Both the position numbers and the translations under genes were made by a program. From NCBI RefSeq assembly GCF_009914755.1, contig NC_060925.1: DNA of 64,000 nucleotides; one strand, written 5' to 3'. The notes under the pieces were generated by a model. That model searched no databases, was not told where the DNA came from, and saw only the letters and a program-made list of their open reading frames with translations. This document shows positions 1-17,497 of the stretch, piece by piece. Each line of letters starts with the position of its first letter. Position 1 is the first letter of the stretch. The DNA comes from the human T2T-CHM13v2.0 reference genome, Homo sapiens.

Positions 1-287
1 GCTCCAAGTGCTTTGTTTTTCTGCAGCAGCTGAGAGCTGAGACATTATGTCCCATGGGAATGGAAGGAAACTGGAAGGGGAGAGCTCTTTAGGAAGGAAA
101 GAGCAGTTCAATAGAGCTTGGGAGACACAGAGGACTGAAAGTGGTAAAAATGGTCCTTTGGAGCTAGCTTAATATTATACCTATCCGTCCTCAGCCATAT
201 AGACCACATTATAGAGCACCCTACAGTTTACAAGTACTTTTATTACATCATCTTACAGGAGCCTGACAATGATTCTGTGATGCAGAC

Positions 288-456
288 TTTTTTTTTTTTT
301 TTTAACAATTTCAACTTTTGTTTTAGGTTCAGGAGGTAAATGTATAGGTTTGTTACATGGGTATACTGCATGATGCTGAGGTTTGGGGTATGACTGATCC
401 CATTACCCAGGTAATGAGCATAGTACCCAATGGGCAGTTTTGCAGCCCTTGTCCCC
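288..456 (-). mobile_element. Old L1 (L1PA/L1PB) 3' end fragment
   Basis: Poly-T followed by L1 3' UTR sequence (ggtttgttacatgggtata...catagtacccaa); flanking atgcagac repeat (280-287 / 458-465). Confidence 0.8.
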
Positions 457-698
457 AATGCAGACATTTTAGAACCAGAAGAAATCAATCTTAAAGTTCA
501 TCCAGTCTGACTCCTTTCTTTTACAGATAGAAAAACTGAGACCTAGACACTCAGTGACTTTCCCAAGGCCACATAGCTCTTTATTTTTAGGCTCAACCAG
601 GACTCAAATTCAAATATTCTGACTCTACATCCAGTGCTCTTTCTAGCCCACCATGTGTCATTGTCACTACTGATTTACAGGTAATAAAAATGGAGTCA

Positions 699-985
699 GC
701 CAGGTGCAGTCACTCATGCCTGTAATCCCAGCTGAGGTGGGAGAATTGCTTGAGCCCTGGAGTTGGAGACCAGCCTGGGCAACAAAGTGAGACTGTGTTT
801 CTACAAAAAATCAAAAAATTAGCTGGGCATGGTGGCCTACACCTGTGGTCCCTCAGCTACTCAGGAGCCTGAGATGGAAGAATCACTTGAGCCTAGGAGA
901 TGGGGGCTGCAGTGAGCCATAGACATGCCACTGCACTCCAGCCTGGGTGACAGAGCAAGACAATGTCTCAAAAAAATAAATAAGT
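699..985 (+). mobile_element. AluJ
   Basis: Diverged dimeric Alu with A tail. Confidence 0.88.
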
Positions 986-2677
986 AAATTGGAGTCCAAG
1001 AACACTTAGGTAGCAACTGGTTAGGTCCTTGAGGGCAGAGGGTAGAAAAGAAGTCACTGGAATCCAGGATTAAGGATTCTAAAGCGCCTCCCTGCCCTCT
1101 GTAATCCTATCTAATCTTTGAGGTCCAGGTCAAAGTGCACCTTTTTTGGGAAGTCCTTCAGGACCCTGTCTAAATTCATCACCATTGCTTCTGGCCTTCC
1201 ACAGAATGTACTTGGACCTTTATTTTAGTGACAGCAGAGCACAGGCCATTAAAGACAGAAAGCCCTTATGAGAGTAATTAATTCCACATATATTCACTGA
1301 TCTTAGCCTGTGCCATGTGTGATCCCTATCCTCAGAACACTCACAGTCTAGTGGGAAAGTTAGACACATATGAATCCTATGAGAGGTGTACATACCCATT
1401 TCACAGATGGGAAACAGGACCCCAGAGAGATGAATGCCCTGTATTCTTATTTTTGGCATTGGTCTCTCACACAAAGCCCTCAAATACTCTAAACTCAAAA
1501 ACACTCATGGATATAGCTATTGATTTCCATGATTTCCACCAAGATAAAGGCACTACTTTTTACTTCAAGTGGATTAGCTGAAGGTCATAGGGCTTCCTTG
1601 CATTGTTCCTCAATGTATGTGGCATATCTTAGGTATTCAATAAATATTTTTAATGAATAGATCATAGCACCTATATCAGGAATTTGCTTCCACTCTCACC
1701 TATATCTCTCATTTAGACTGGAGGAGGGGCTGTGCCTTATTGTTTCTGTACCCTCAGTGTCTAATGCAATACTTGGCACCTGGAAGGTACTCCATAAATA
1801 CTGAATGAACAAAGGAATGAATAAATGAATAAAGGAATGAACAAAGGAATGAATAAATGAAGAAAAAAGATAAAAATGAAGAAAAATGAAAATAAAAGAA
1901 GGATGGGTAATATAACCTTTTTGTTGCCCTAAATTAAAAACATGACATCACCCCCAAACACACCCCTTTTCTGGAAACTCCCTCTTTCCTCAGCTTCTGT
2001 GAAGTTTCTCTTCCCCTGTTCTCTCCCTTCAGCTCTGCCGGTTCCTGCTGTGTCTCCTACACTGGCTCCTTATCCTCCCCTGGGCCCTCACTTTCAAGTT
2101 TCAGATGGAAATTTCCAACTGTCTGCTGGGCATCTCCACTTAGCCTGAAACCATCCAACATGTATATGGTTGACTATTAATTATGACCTATTTCATTTGT
2201 GTCTTCTCCAGCTATTAAGCCCTTATGAGTACCCCACACGCATCTGGGCATATAGCAGTATTCTAAAGATGCCTGCAGAATGAACCATCATTCATAATAT
2301 CCCAGTGCTTTGGCATGGACAAATTTAGCATCAGAGTTGCCAATCCATTTCCTCATCACTCTTTTTGCCTCCAAATTGACATCAGCACCATTCACAGCAT
2401 TCTGAGAAGTCTCTCTGGGGAATTTACTTCATATGCCACCTGCTGTACCCTTTATGTGACTCACCCAACTCCCCTTTGAGACAGGAAAATGTGGGGAGAG
2501 AAGTGAGGTGGAAGAGAGCCAGGAGGAAAAAAAGAAGCATGAAACATGATTATACTTAATACATCCCCAGATCACAGCAAGCAAAAGGAAATGAACAGAG
2601 TCAGGCCTTGTGCTGAGAAATTGCAGGTGATAAAAGTAAGACTCTTGTCAAAAGACAATTCACAAAAACTAATGGTA

Positions 2678-2979
<302 letters not shown>

Positions 2980-4491
2980 CTAATGGTTAATAAATATACA
3001 GATGATTTATTCGATAAATAATCAAAGAAATGCAATTGAAATTATGAGATACTTTTTTAACCTACTGAATTAGCTAAACTAAAATTAAGATAACATTCAG
3101 TGTTCACAAAGGTAAAGTAAAATAGGAATTTCACTACCGAGAATCTGTCTAAAGGAAATCATCTGAAACCTAGGAAAAGTTTTACACACAGGGATAATCA
3201 CTGCAACATTATTGATAACAGCTCCAAATTGGAAAGTAGTTGAATGTCAAACAATGGGGGGAAACTGAGCTTTGAGAGGCCAGAGAATGGGCCTCACTCT
3301 TTTACCACTGTTGAGAGTGCCTGACACGTGGTAAGTGCAACAAATATTGCTGGATGAATGAATGAATGGATATGGTTCGTCTTTTGTATAAAGTACAATG
3401 AACTCATCAAAAACATATAAAGATTTTCTAACAATGTTAGCTACGCTTATGTTATAATGCTATGTTTAATAAAATTGAATATATAATCTGACCTCAACTA
3501 TGTTAAAAATTCATAGAGAAGAAACTGGAAAGGAACCAACCACCAACCCAAATGTCAGTAACATTTTCTTCTTTATGCTTGGCTGTGATTTCAAAATATG
3601 TTTTAAATAAGCATATATTAACTTATACATTTAAGAAAAAAACTAAATCCTTAGTAAGCACTGGCAGTTGCTATTCTTATTATTATTACCAGTCCAGGGA
3701 GAAGGAAGTATAGGAAAAGCATGTGAACCAACCATGAGTGGATCACTGTTGTAGCTGGAGGACAGAGTTCATGTACTACTTATTCTCCCTACTCGAGTGT
3801 GTGTTTGAAATTTTCCATAATAAAATAGCTTAAAAAAATAGAGAAGCCTGAAACAGCACAGCATCTGGGGAGAAAGCAAGCAGTTCCATTTTCAATGGTT
3901 TGTAAAATACCATATTTCATAGATTCTCAGATGTCCACTTTTTCACATTTTAATATCTTTAAAAAAGGATGTATCTTAGAATTGATAGCATCTTAGATTC
4001 CTGGAAACATAGTACTTAAAATAGTAGACAGGAGAGGAAGTAGGAAGTGAGGCTGTAGCTAGATCACGGAGGTCTTGAATGCCAGGTCAAGGTGCTTGGA
4101 TGTCGTCCTGACGAGAACAGAAAGCCACTGAAGGGTTTAGTGTGTCCAACATAGGGCCTATCACCCGGAAGACATTCAGTTAGTGTGTGCTAAATAGTAA
4201 GGCCACTGAGGATCAGGTCACTGCTGCTTCTGCCAAAGGCCAGGGGGCGTTGACCTTTATGAGCGAAGTTTGAGGCCTTGCCCTCCCTCTCCTTCTTGTC
4301 ATCTCATGAGTTCCAGTTCTCTCCCGTTTTGCAGGGCAGAATCATTGGGTTGTATATTAAGGTGATTTTTCTCCCTCTAATCCCCCAATTACTTCTATTT
4401 TCCTGAAAACAATAAATATTTCTCCAGAAGCTGAGCCAACACCATAGCCGATGTGAATGCCCACAGCCCTGGGTTCTACAGCACCCTCTGA

Positions 4492-4855
<364 letters not shown>

Positions 4856-7506
4856 CCAGGGACCTATTTCTGAACTCATTTCCAAATGGAGACACAAGGA
4901 GTTAACATATACAGAGCAGGCAAGAGGAGTTCAGAGACTTAACTAGATAGAGAAATCAGGAGTCCAGGATCCCCATCCTACCCTGGGCTGTTTTCCCTCT
5001 GGTCTCATAGCTGCTTTCTTTCAGGAGTTGGCCCAAGTCACCATAGCAGACGAGTCCCCTGAGGATCATTTGCATACAGGTGGCAGAGTGTTCTAAAAAT
5101 AGGATCAACACTCATCTCCACAAAGCAAATGCCTTGAAATTTATTTACAAGGGACAGGGGACAAACATCTGAGGAGCGAGGAAGAGCCTGTCAGAGGCAG
5201 CCTGACAATGAATGGCAAGGGAGCCACACAGCTGTAAGGCTGGGAGGCAGGAGGCCTGGGTATGGTTTAATCCTACCACTAACTTGCTTTGTGGGCTTAT
5301 GAATACTGTGCACCCTGCGCCTTGGATTCTCCTCTTTAAATAGGGATATTAGACTAGATTACTTTTTTAAGGCCCCTTCTAGCTCTAAGGAGTCAGGATA
5401 AATAGTAATAATTGTTATAATCAAATAATAATAATTGTTAACACGAATTGAGTACTTACTAAGTGTCAAGCACTGTGACAAGCACTTTTCATGCACTACT
5501 TCATCAGTCTTCATAACCAGCTCTTTGGAGTAAGACAAATAAACTGAGAGGCACAGGGAGGTTAAGTACTTGCCCAGGTTAGCAAATGTCAGAGCTGGGA
5601 GTTTAACCCGTAAGTTATACTGCCTGCTAGGATGCTAAACTTATCCCTGGTTTTCTAACCTAACAATTTCACTGCCTTCAGCTCTTGCCACCCCTCTCCA
5701 TTCTTTTCTCCTCAGGTTCTGACCAACCTGGACAACTCCATAGGCCCCAAACATTGTGTTCCTCTAAGTCTCAGTGCTTTGCTCATGCTGCACCCTCTGC
5801 CTGGATCAGCCTTTTCCCCTTCCCTGCCAAGGCAGTCGCTAATTACCATTCCAATTCAGCTCAAATGCTTCCTCCTGTATGACTCGCATTTCCTCCCATA
5901 CCCACAGGCAGAAATAATGACTGGCTGCCATTTGTTTAGACGGGCTGTGCCAGGCACTGTGCTAATTCTTACAACTTTCTGAGCGAGGTCCCATTTTCAT
6001 ACTTATTTTACAGATAAAGTAATGAGATTCAGAGATTAAACACCTTGCCTGAAGCCATACAGCTGGTAAAAGACCCAAGCCAGAAAGTCAAACTTCACAG
6101 CCTTCCTAACTTCTCTTCTATCCTCTCTCCAATGAAACTGTGTATATGAATTGCCAACGTGCTTGTCTTTCCACCAGACTATAAAATCTTCTAGTGGTTT
6201 TTATGTAAAGTCTATATAAACTCTTTTCATGGTTTTGTCTGTTTGTTCTTGAGTGATCAAATTAACTGCTGGGAGATAATCTGTAGCAGCACAACTGGTG
6301 GAAAACTTAGGCTAGAGTCAGGACCAAACCAGGAGGAAGAAAAAAATGGTGCAGGCCCTCACTCTGTCGATCTTTTCCTGCCACTTTAAATCCCTATGGG
6401 AACAAGACAAAAATATATTTTAACAATATTCCCTGCACTTTGGCACCCACTTCTGTCCTTATCACATCCTCCAAGAAGCCTCTTAAAATTACCCTCATTC
6501 TCATCCTCCCCCCTTAATTTTAGTGTCCCTTCAGCACTTATGTGTCATTTCATTAAACACTGTAAGCACTTAATGAACAGACAGTGTGAAGGGCAGCAGA
6601 AAGAGTATGGATTTTGGGGTCAAGCAAATTCTAGCTTTGCCACTTCTTGGCATGTGACCTTGGACCAGTTGCTGTCTTTGACTTTCTGAGCTGCAGATCT
6701 GTTAACTGCAAAACAGGTTTCATAATAATATCCTTTTCTTGGTATTGTTGGGAGGATAAAGTAAGATAAGTGTTGTGACAGTGTGTTGGTAAAGTTCTGT
6801 ATAAACAGTCGTGTTCATTTAATTTACTGTTTGCCCTCAGTAATCTGCTGCTCTTCCCCCTGGTGTCAACACCCAGAATGGGCCTCAGATTCCTGGTGAG
6901 CTAGAGCTGTAGGAAAGTGAGAGGAGGGAGGAGCCCAAGAAAGCAGGGCTAGGAACCACCTGAGCAAACTTCCGCTGGAAGGAAATTAAAGGGCTAATTA
7001 AGCCTCCGTTGGTGGTAAATTTCCAAGCCAGCCTTTGGGCTCAATCAGTTGACACGGCAACACACCGGTGGGGGAGGCCGGTATCCTGAGAGGACATATT
7101 CTCTCCTCACAAAATGGCACCTCGTGGCAGCCTGAACACAGGGTCCAACCTCAGAATTGCCACCAATTTTCTCTATCTTCCCTTTCTCTTCTCTCTTACC
7201 TTCCTTATCTCTTCCTCCCCATGTTCTAGCTGAAGAACCTGAGGGGTTCAGCCAGGCACAGAGGAGGCTGGGATGTCCTGGGATGGCTCTAGTACAGCAT
7301 TTAATTGTTGACTGAGGTTAGGTGTCACTTTTTATATGCAGAAGTAGGGTCCAGTAGGAAGATCCCAGGCAAGGGAATGAGTCCCAAAAGCCTGCATTCA
7401 GGGCCCACTTAGTCCATTTGTCAACTTTAATAAAGTACAACCCTTTACCCTCTGGGCCTCAGTTTCCTCAAGTGTATAATGAGGATGACAAGACCTCCTC
7501 TTGTGA

Positions 7507-7943
<437 letters not shown>

Positions 7944-8393
7944 TCAGACCTCCCAGCCACTGAGGGGCAGAACTGATAGGGGTGGGGGTGGCACAAAACT
8001 TGATCTGAGGCCAAGAGAGAGATCAGGCACTGCAAGTGCAGAGAGAAGAGATAGCCTCAACTTTGAGAGGTATACAGCCTTAGCTTGAGCACTCACTTTC
8101 ATTTTGCCAGTCTTTGTTAAACCCTTACTATTGGCAAGGCCCTGTGCCTGGTGCTGGAGCTGTAGACCCGAGTCAGACCCGGTCCCTGCCCTCAGGGAGC
8201 ATGCAGTCTGGGAGGAAGACAGGTGAGTTCCAGACACATGCAATACAGCTGGTTAGTATGGAAAGTTAAGGAGGGTCCTTAACTGCCACTGAGTTGCGGG
8301 GAGGTGGGTCATCAAAGGTTTCCCAGAAGAGATGATACTTGAACTGAGTCTTCAAAGTCAAATGGGAGTTTGCTGATAGAAAATGGGGGAGGA

Positions 8394-8690
8394 GGCCAGG
8401 TGCAGTGGCTCATGCCTGTAATCTCAGCACTTTAGGAGGCCTCGGCAGGAGGATCACTTGAGCCCAGGAGTTCAAGGCAGCCTGTGCAAAAAACTGAGAC
8501 CCTGTCTCTATAAAAAAATTAGCCGGGTGTGGTGGCACATACCTAGGGTCCCATCCACTCTGGAGGCTGTGGTGGGAGGACGGCTTGAGCCCAGGAGGTC
8601 GAGGCTGCAGTGAGCCATGTTCACACCACTGCACTCCAGCCTGGCTGACAAAGCAAGACCCTATTCCAAAAAAAGGAAGAGAAACAAAAA
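8394..8690 (+). mobile_element. AluJ
   Basis: Dimeric Alu with J-type right arm. Confidence 0.88.
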
Positions 8691-10924
8691 GGAAATGTGG
8701 GTAGAGGGGGAATCTCTAGAGAGGAGGAAACAACCTGGGCAAGGCAAGGAGTGAAAAAGTGCATCCCGACCCCCAGCCCAGAAGAGCCTAAGGAGACACG
8801 ACAATTCAGATCAGTTGTGTTCTAGATGGGATCCTGGGACAGAAAAGGAGTAGTAGGTAAAATCTAAGGAAAGTGGAATAAACTAGGGATGTTAGCTAAT
8901 AATAGTATATCGATATTGGTTAATTATAACAAATGTACCATACTAATGTACGATGGTAATAACAGGGAAAACCAGGTGTCGGGTAAATGGGAACTCTCCA
9001 TACTATCTTTGCAATTCTGTAAATCTGAAACTGTTCTAAAAAATAAAGGTTTTGTTTTTTTAAAACTGCATCCTGTGGTTGGGTTGGGGGTTTAGAGTAC
9101 ACGTGGGTGGTGCATGGACTGCCTGAAGGGTGAAGATGGGGTTGGGGAGGCAGAAAGGGCCAAGAATGTGTTGAGGGGGATGCAGGAGAGCCCCCCTGGA
9201 TTTTAGGCACTGGAGTGACAGCGATTATGGAGGGCAAGCCTGAGGGCAGGGAGTGCCACCGGGCAGCTGCAGTCCAAGGGGGAGAACAGGAATCTAAGGT
9301 AGGAAAGGGCAAAGGAGAGAGCTAGGCTCACAGTCTGCTCTCAATAAATGTTTATGGAACAGAACTGACCAGGGGATGCGTTCAAGAGAAATTGGGGAAA
9401 TAGAATGGATATTTCTCATGAACAATCAGATGAATACGACAAGAGCAGAGAGGAGTAAAGGATGACCCTTAGTTTTGAGCTGGGGGCAGTAGTGGGGCAC
9501 TCAAGAGAGGGGGCACTGTATCCCCTGGGACCTGCCCTCCCAGCCATCTGGGCCTCAGCACAGAGCCCCTGCGTCATTAGCACAGAGCTGACAGACTTCA
9601 CAGAGGAAGGTGAGAAGCACAGGAGCACAGACAGGATAAGAGTTTCCAGCTGTCGCCTGGCAACCCAAGGTGTGGGGCAATGGTGTTGGGCAACGGTGTG
9701 GGGGAAGGAGGATTCTGCAGAAGGAAGGGATTATAAATCCTCAGTTGAATGGCCTCCCCCATCCCACCCCTGTCCTTAGCAACACATCAGGCAGGTTCCA
9801 AGCAGGCTAGGAGAATCTCCAGCCTTAGATGGCAACTGGACGTCTTCAGGGGCAGAGCACTGCTGCTCTCTCCATCCATTGAAAATGGGAGTAAAAGGGC
9901 CACAACTCACAACTAATTTCTCTGTTGATGACTCCGCCTTGTAAGTCCTGTGGCTCGCAATCTTAAAGTGGTGGTAACCCTAAGATCAGTCACAGTAGTA
10001 CAGCATAATAGAAACCTCATGAGCTAATCCTGGCTCTCCCCTTCACTGTATGACTTTGGGTAAGTTTATTTAGCACCTAATATGTTACAGGCTCCATGCT
10101 AGATCCTTTCCCTATATGATCTCATTCAATCTTTACTACAACACTAAGAAGTAGGCATTAATATTCTTCTATTTTACAGCTGAGGAAACAGAGGTTCAGA
10201 GACATTACTTATCACACTGCTGGTACCATGTGTTCATTCCACCTACACCACAGCTGAAGTAATTAAGCCCCCAACCACTCCTTTCACCCTATGCCCAGAA
10301 CATGCAGCAGCTTCTTCAGAGACCACTACATTCAGTGCCAAGTCACTTAATTACATACCTATACACTGGTGTTGCTCAATCTTGGATGCCCATTAGACTC
10401 CCCTGTGAAGTTGTAGTGGGACAGAGAGAGAGGAGGGCTGGTAGAAAAGGAGGGGAGCTGGTAACTAAAAGGTGATAGTTTGCAACAGATAACACCTCCG
10501 TTTCTGAGAGTGTTTGTTTGGAGGTTCTGATTTTTAGCTGTGACGTTGACTCTCAACCACCTGTGAGGTCCCTGGGGTACCACAGGGCAGTGGAAAGAGT
10601 GGGGAAGGCAGTTTGGTGTGAAAAGAACACTCTGGTGGCAAACATCCCTAATTTTGAGTCCCAGATGTGCTATTTTCCAGGCTTGGTAAGATTTGGTCAA
10701 GTCCCTTAACTTCTCTGAGTCTCAGTTTCCTCATCTGTTCTGGGCACCATCACTGTGATAATTATAAGGGAAAAACTGCAAGTAAAGCACCTGTAAAGTA
10801 TGTAATTGCTGCCCAAAAATTGTAATTATTAACAATTTCACCATTTACAGAGTGCTTTACCTATGTGAAGATATAACAAGGGGTTCAAAACTCCATACAT
10901 GGGTTTTGAAGACAGTCAGACCTT

Positions 10925-11228
10925 TATTTTTATTTTTATTTTTTTTGAGACAGTCTCGCTCTGTCACCCAGGCTGGAGTGAAGTGGGGCGATCTCGGCTC
11001 ACTGCAACCTCCGCCTCCTGAACTTAAGTGATTCTCCTGCCTCAGCCTCCCAAGTGGCTGGGACTACAGGTGTCAGCCACCAAGCCCCGCTAAATTTTTG
11101 TATTTTTAGTAGAGACAGGGTTTCACCATGTTGGCAAGGCCGGTCTCAAACACCTGACCTCAAATGATCCACTTGCCTTGGCCTCCCAAAGTGCTGGGAT
11201 TACAGGCATGAACCACTGCACCCAGACT
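10925..11228 (-). mobile_element. AluS
   Basis: Antisense Alu. Confidence 0.9.
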
Positions 11229-11789
11229 GAAGCCAGATAGACCCTGATTCAAATCTGGACTCTGCCACTTACTATTTGTGTGAACTTGAGACAGCCATCT
11301 AACTCCTCTGGACCTCAGTTTACTTCTCTGTAAAATGGGGATAATAACAGCACCTAGTTCACAGGGTTAGTGTCAGGATGAAATCAGTTCATAAAAGCAC
11401 TGAGCACAGTGCTGGCATGAAAGCCCGTGCCACTGTCAGCTCACATCAGCTTTGTGGGAGATAGTATTAGTCCCATTTACAGGTGAAGGTCTAAATGAAA
11501 GCTGCTGTTCATTGCCACAATTATTGATGTGTGAAGTCAAGAGGGATGCCAGGCATTCAGAATAAGAATGGCACTTTTGCCAGACTCTGGGCCTCTAAAT
11601 GCAGGGATCAAAAGGAAGCAGGGATCCTCCCACACACGCCACACAACCACTGTCTGTCCTGGGACCACCTGTCTGCTTTATAATTTGTTTTGTATTCTCT
11701 TTATCCCTCTGTTCATGTCAATTATGGCAAGAAGCCCATGTCTCCAAAGCCATCCCTGATCACTGGACTCCAATTGCCATATAGCTCAG

Positions 11790-14100
11790 TACATCATCAT
11801 CTTTTCTAACACTGTCTCCTCCCCTCCCCACTGAAACCTTTCTCTGAGTCTTCTGAAATTCAGTCAGTCATCAGAAAAATCTATTTTTGCTCAGCCTCTC
11901 ATCCGAACGTTTCTTTTACCTCCTTGCTGTAATCAAAGCCCGGCTCTCCCTGAGGACATGGCTTCTCCTAAAGCCTCTAAATTGTTGCTCACTTCCTCTC
12001 TCATCACCCTTGAATCAGCGGGCTGGAGGTGGGATAGATGTTGTTGCTTCTCACCCCTGCTTTCATATCACTCTCTTTCCCTCCTTCAAAAAAACAAAAC
12101 AAAACACCTCCAGCTTTCAATATCATGAGATTATACCACCCACTTATCCCTCTACTGGCCAGTGAACAGCTTCTGCTTCACTGTTACTCTCTCCATAATT
12201 CTTGGTGATTTCAATATCCACATAGATGAGGCTTCCATCACCTTGGACTCTCATTTCCTTGAATGCTTCTCCTCCAGTGATATTGATCTCTGACCCCACC
12301 TCAGTAACTCACTCTCACAGTCATATCCTGGACCTTATCATTACCAATAGTAATTTCAAGCCTCTCATACTCAGACCACTATGCTCTTTCCAGCTCACTC
12401 CTTGTAGATTCCCAGCATCAACAGTCTTCTTTCCCTACCACCTTTTCACTGTCCTTCATCCCTTGTGTTGTTACCTCCCTCTTGGCCCAACTTGAATTCT
12501 AAGGTCAATCATGACAACAGCCTCCCTTCACATGCCCCTGACTCCCCAGGCCCTCTTGCTTTGTTATACTCAGCAAAACCACACTTTACTTAAAGTCAAC
12601 TCTTTGCCTATTCTATGCCTTTATCCTCAGAGCAAAACATGGCTGGAGAAAAACACACAACCATGCTTCAAATTCATGAGCTGATGAATTTAAATTTATG
12701 ATCACTAATTTCAAATGAAGTCTTAATGCTAATCAGCAATCAAATTACATTTCCACAGTCTATTCACTCTCCCACCTTCCTAAATGACATTCTCCTCTCT
12801 CTTCGACTCTCCAAACTTCCTCCCTCATCTTCACTCTCCACTGATGACCTTGCTTCATCAGAAAATTGTACTTAAGAGAACTCGAACCAGCACATGGAAC
12901 CCCAAGCTGCACCTGTGCCCAAACCCTCTGCTTTCTCCCCTGGGAATGTAGGTGCACAGTCTGTGCTCCTACCAAGGACTCACCCTCTGCATGTAATCCT
13001 ATCCCCTCTCCCCAGTTCAAGGATATTGTCCCAGCAGTTCTCCTTTGTTTCCAAATCATCAGCTTTGTATTTTTGTTTCTTTGTTGGCTTGCTTTGTTGA
13101 TCTCTATTCAATTGTTCTACCACCATACGAACGTGCTGCTACTTCTCAAATCTTAAAAAAACAAAAACCTCTTCTGATTCACTTCCCCATTCACCTTCAG
13201 CTACCACCCCAATTGTCTCCTTTTCTTTAGAGCAAACATCCTTCAAAGTGCTGTGTCATACTTGGTGTCTCCAATTTCTCTTCTGCCATTTTTACCAGGC
13301 TTTCACCCCTCCTACTCCACCAAAACAACTTGTATCAAGGTTATCAATGTACTCTATGTTGCTAAATACAGCAGTCAATCCTCAGTTCCCATATTCATAA
13401 CCTAGCAGCCATATTTGACACAGTTGATCTCTCCTTCCTCTGAAAAACTATCTTCACTTGGCTGCCAGGACACCACACATTCTCATTTCAGTTGCTCTTT
13501 TTCAGTCTCCTTTCCCGATTCTCCCTCATCTTCCCAACACCTTGGTGTTGGAATGTCTCCGGGCTCAGTCTGTGAACCTTTTCTTCTTCCTGCCTTCACT
13601 CTTTCCCTTGTTAATCTTATTTGGTCTCATCATTTAAAATACTACTTGCTAACATATACATGCAGACTCATTTATCCAACTGCTTATTCCATATCTCTAC
13701 TTGGTTATCTAACGGGTATCTCCAACTTAGCATAACCAAACTGAATCCCCAACTCTCTCTCTCTAAACCCTGTTCTTCCTGCAGTCTTCCCCATCTCAGT
13801 TAGAGGAATCTCCAAACTTCTAGTCGCTCAGCCCAAACCCTCAGCAACATCCTTGACTTCTCTCCTTCTTTCTCTCTCCACATCTAATTCAATATTCAGT
13901 ATTTTCAACATACATGCAAAATCTGACTACTCTCACTACTACCGCTACTACCTCCCTAGTTCAAGCCACCATCATTCCCAGCCTCAATTGTTACAAATCC
14001 TAACTGGTTCTCCCTGCTTCTGCACTTTGCTCTTCATAATTTATTCTTGAAACAGGCATAACTCTGCCTCAGAGAAATCCTGTTAAGTGTTAAGATGTAA
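11790..14100 (+). mobile_element. Long degenerate L2 LINE fragment
   Basis: Pyrimidine-rich L2 ORF2-type motifs (cttggtgatttcaatatccac; catatttgacacagttgatc; ccatatctctacttgg); no intact ORF. Confidence 0.75.
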
Positions 14101-14106
14101 GTCACC

Positions 14107-14983
<877 letters not shown>

Positions 14984-16139
14984 TTAGTTTTGACAAATGT
15001 ATCATGGTTATATAAAATGTTAACATTAGGGCAACTGGGCAAAGGACACATGGGAACTCTACACTATCACTGCAACTTTTCTATAAACCTAAAATTACCC
15101 AAAGATTTAAAAATTTATTAAAACAATGTAAGACAGAGCATGTCATTCCACTGCTCAATGTCTGCAATGCATTTCAATGTGTGCGTGCCTGGTGTATATC
15201 CCCCTTCTCCTCTGCTTCACTGAGTGCCCCTAAGAGGCAGGGATGTTGTCTCACCAATCGCTGCAGAGCCTAGCACAGCTAGGCACACAAAGGGTCCTTG
15301 AAAGCAATTATGCTCTTGCAAATGTCATTTCTTCCACCTGTAAAGCTCTTACTCTACATTAACCTGAAAAAAATCAGACTCATTTGTCAAGACCCTGCTC
15401 AAATGTCCCCTCCTTTGTGAGACCTGCAATGATTTTCCCAGGTGGAGGTAGCTGTTCTTACAACACTTTCTTCATCCCTTTATTACATCGCTTTTATCAC
15501 ATTGTAGCTGTTTCTTTGCCCTCTCATGACAGTGCCTCGCATATAATATGTACATGACACATGTTTATTGAATGGATTAATGAATACACAAATGGCTTGT
15601 AGATTATTTCTTTTTCTCCCATGCCAGTTTGGATGGAAGGAAAGGGGGTTGTGGCCCTAAATAGTGTGTCTTGGAGACCCCTTCAATAGTCAATCAGGAT
15701 GGCTTGTTAATTCATTTGAAAATTACAGAGGCCAACTAAGCCTGATTTGACTCCCCATGGTCTTTGTTGTGATTTTTAAAATCAGATTAAACTTACTTCC
15801 TCAGCAGCTGGTTCCTACAGGCTTTGGGGAGATAAAAGTGTCAGCATGTTTCTGCAGCCACACCAGGAAACTTGCTGCCTAGAAAAATCAATTCTGATTA
15901 TCATAAGAGCTGAGCACAGGATGGTGTACTCAGGAACTGTCTTCACATTCCTGGAGCCACAGAGACTTGTCAGAGCCCCAGTTTCCCTGTTCAGCCTCCA
16001 GACTCTTCTGTGCTGCCCGCTGATCTCTCCACAGGTCTCCAGCTTACACTCAAGACGAGATTGCACCTTCCTGAAGGTGGCAGGAAGAGCACTGGAATGG
16101 GTCAAGGGACATCACCATGAGCCCTCAGTAAAGTCCCTA

Positions 16140-16992
<853 letters not shown>

Positions 16993-17020
16993 AGGTCTTT
17001 TATATGTTACTAACAGATGC

Positions 17021-17497
17021 TGTAGTAGTCAGAATAATAGTCTCCCAAATATATAATCCCTAAAATCTGTGAATATGTTACCTTACATGGCAAAAGGGAT
17101 TTTTGCAAATGGGATTAAATTAAGGATCTTGAAAATGCAGGATTGACCTGGAATGCCTAGGTGGGCCCATTATAATCACAAGTGTTTTTATAAGAGACAA
17201 GGAGGAGGTTCAGAGAGGTTGGAAGATGTTCCACTGCAGCTTTGAAGATGGATGGAAGAAGGGGCCCCAAGCAAAGGGATGTAGGCAGCCTCTGGAAGCT
17301 GGAAAAGGCAAATTAAAGATGCCCCCCAGATGAGGCCCTCCAGAGAGAACACAGACTGAAACCAGCCAACAAATTGATTTTAACCCAGTGAGACCCACCT
17401 TAGACTTCCGACCTCCAGAACTGTGAGATAGTAAGTTTGTGTTGTCTTAAGCCACTAAGTTTGTAGTAATTTTAGTGCAGCAACAGGAAACTAATAG
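17021..17497 (+). mobile_element. MLT1 (MaLR) LTR
   Basis: tgtagtagtcagaataa...gttaccttacatggcaaaagggat...gacctccagaactgtgaga...ggaaactaata. Confidence 0.8.

Noticed and set aside
1800-1900. Spaced gaatgaa repeats resembling an array
   Set aside because: Low-complexity (GAAT)n/A-rich tail typical of L2 ends; no unique spacers, and CRISPR is not expected in human DNA.
11790-14100. Possible active reverse transcriptase gene
   Set aside because: Highly degenerate L2 fossil with many stops and frameshifts.
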